A DNA stretch of 63,764 nucleotides, the filler included, from Chiloscyllium plagiosum (lineage: Eukaryota): assembly GCF_004010195.1 (NCBI RefSeq). It is 9 parts of 9 records of this genome, joined end to end, with 100 filler letters (N's around TTAATTAATTAA, not from the genome) between each part and the next. Parts side by side here need not be neighbours in the genome. Positions count along the whole stretch, not along the records: positions 61,841 to 63,764 come from NW_025174532.1; 8 more parts are not named here. One strand, written 5' to 3'. The notes below the pieces were generated by a model. The model was not told the origin of the DNA, ran no database searches, and saw only the letters and a program-made list of their open reading frames with translations. This document shows, piece after piece, positions 63,417 through 63,764 of the stretch. Made by a program: the position numbers and the translations under genes. Positions within the stretch are counted from its first letter, which is position 1; every line of letters begins with the position of its first letter.

Positions 63417-63526
63417 AGATTCGACGTTTCGGGCACAGGCCCTTCTTCAGGAATGCTTCGACGTTTCGGGCACAGGCCCTTCTTCAGGAATGTTCGACGT
63501 TTCGGGCACAGGCCCTTCTTCAGGAA
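63417..63526 (-). ncRNA. Three tandem minimal hammerhead ribozyme motifs (36-37-nt period)
   Basis: Minus-strand unit: (A)TTC-CTGAAGA-A-GGGC-CTGT-GCCC-GAAAC-GTC-GAA(T), repeated three times. Confidence 0.72.
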
Positions 63527-63764
63527 GGCCCTTACTCAGAGAGACACCTGCAGGCAGCATGGAGTGTGACCATGTTATCAGTGCTGCCTGTCTCTCAGAG
63601 TGCGTGTGTTACTTAGTGCAACCTGTAGGTGTCTCTCTCAGTGCGAGTGTATTACTCTGTTCTGCCTGTTGGTGTCTCTCTGAGGTATGTGTCTCCGAGC
63701 GATGGATTAAGAATGGGCTTTGTGCTGGGGATTGTATTTCAGTTGTCAATTAGCCTGAAATTAG

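Overview
This is vertebrate DNA from a cartilaginous fish, most likely a shark. That inference rests on cluster-type Ig genes, a NAR-type V gene and HE1-type SINEs. The window is not contiguous: nine small scaffolds are joined by artificial 100-nt spacers (N44-TTAATTAATTAA-N44), so neighbours across a spacer are not proven to be linked. Almost every piece carries an adaptive-immune gene. (1) A non-rearranging leader/VJ/C1 antigen-receptor-like gene. (2) A pre-joined, out-of-frame kappa-type (type III/NS4-like) IgL VJ. (3) A NAR-TCR-like V gene with RSS, next to a GPR139-like GPCR pseudogene. (4) The C1-TM-cytoplasmic half of an MHC class I-like gene. (5) An IgM CH1 pseudo-exon. (6) An unrearranged IgL V-RSS/RSS-J cluster. 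(7) A nonclassical MHC class I gene whose alpha2 lacks both canonical cysteines. (8-9) Two IgL C exons. The rest is mostly CR1-type LINEs, Gypsy LTR relics, Penelope-like elements carrying minimal hammerhead ribozyme motifs (one as a tandem triple), SINEs and minisatellites. Exon coordinates were read by hand from splice sites and frames; repeat boundaries are approximate.
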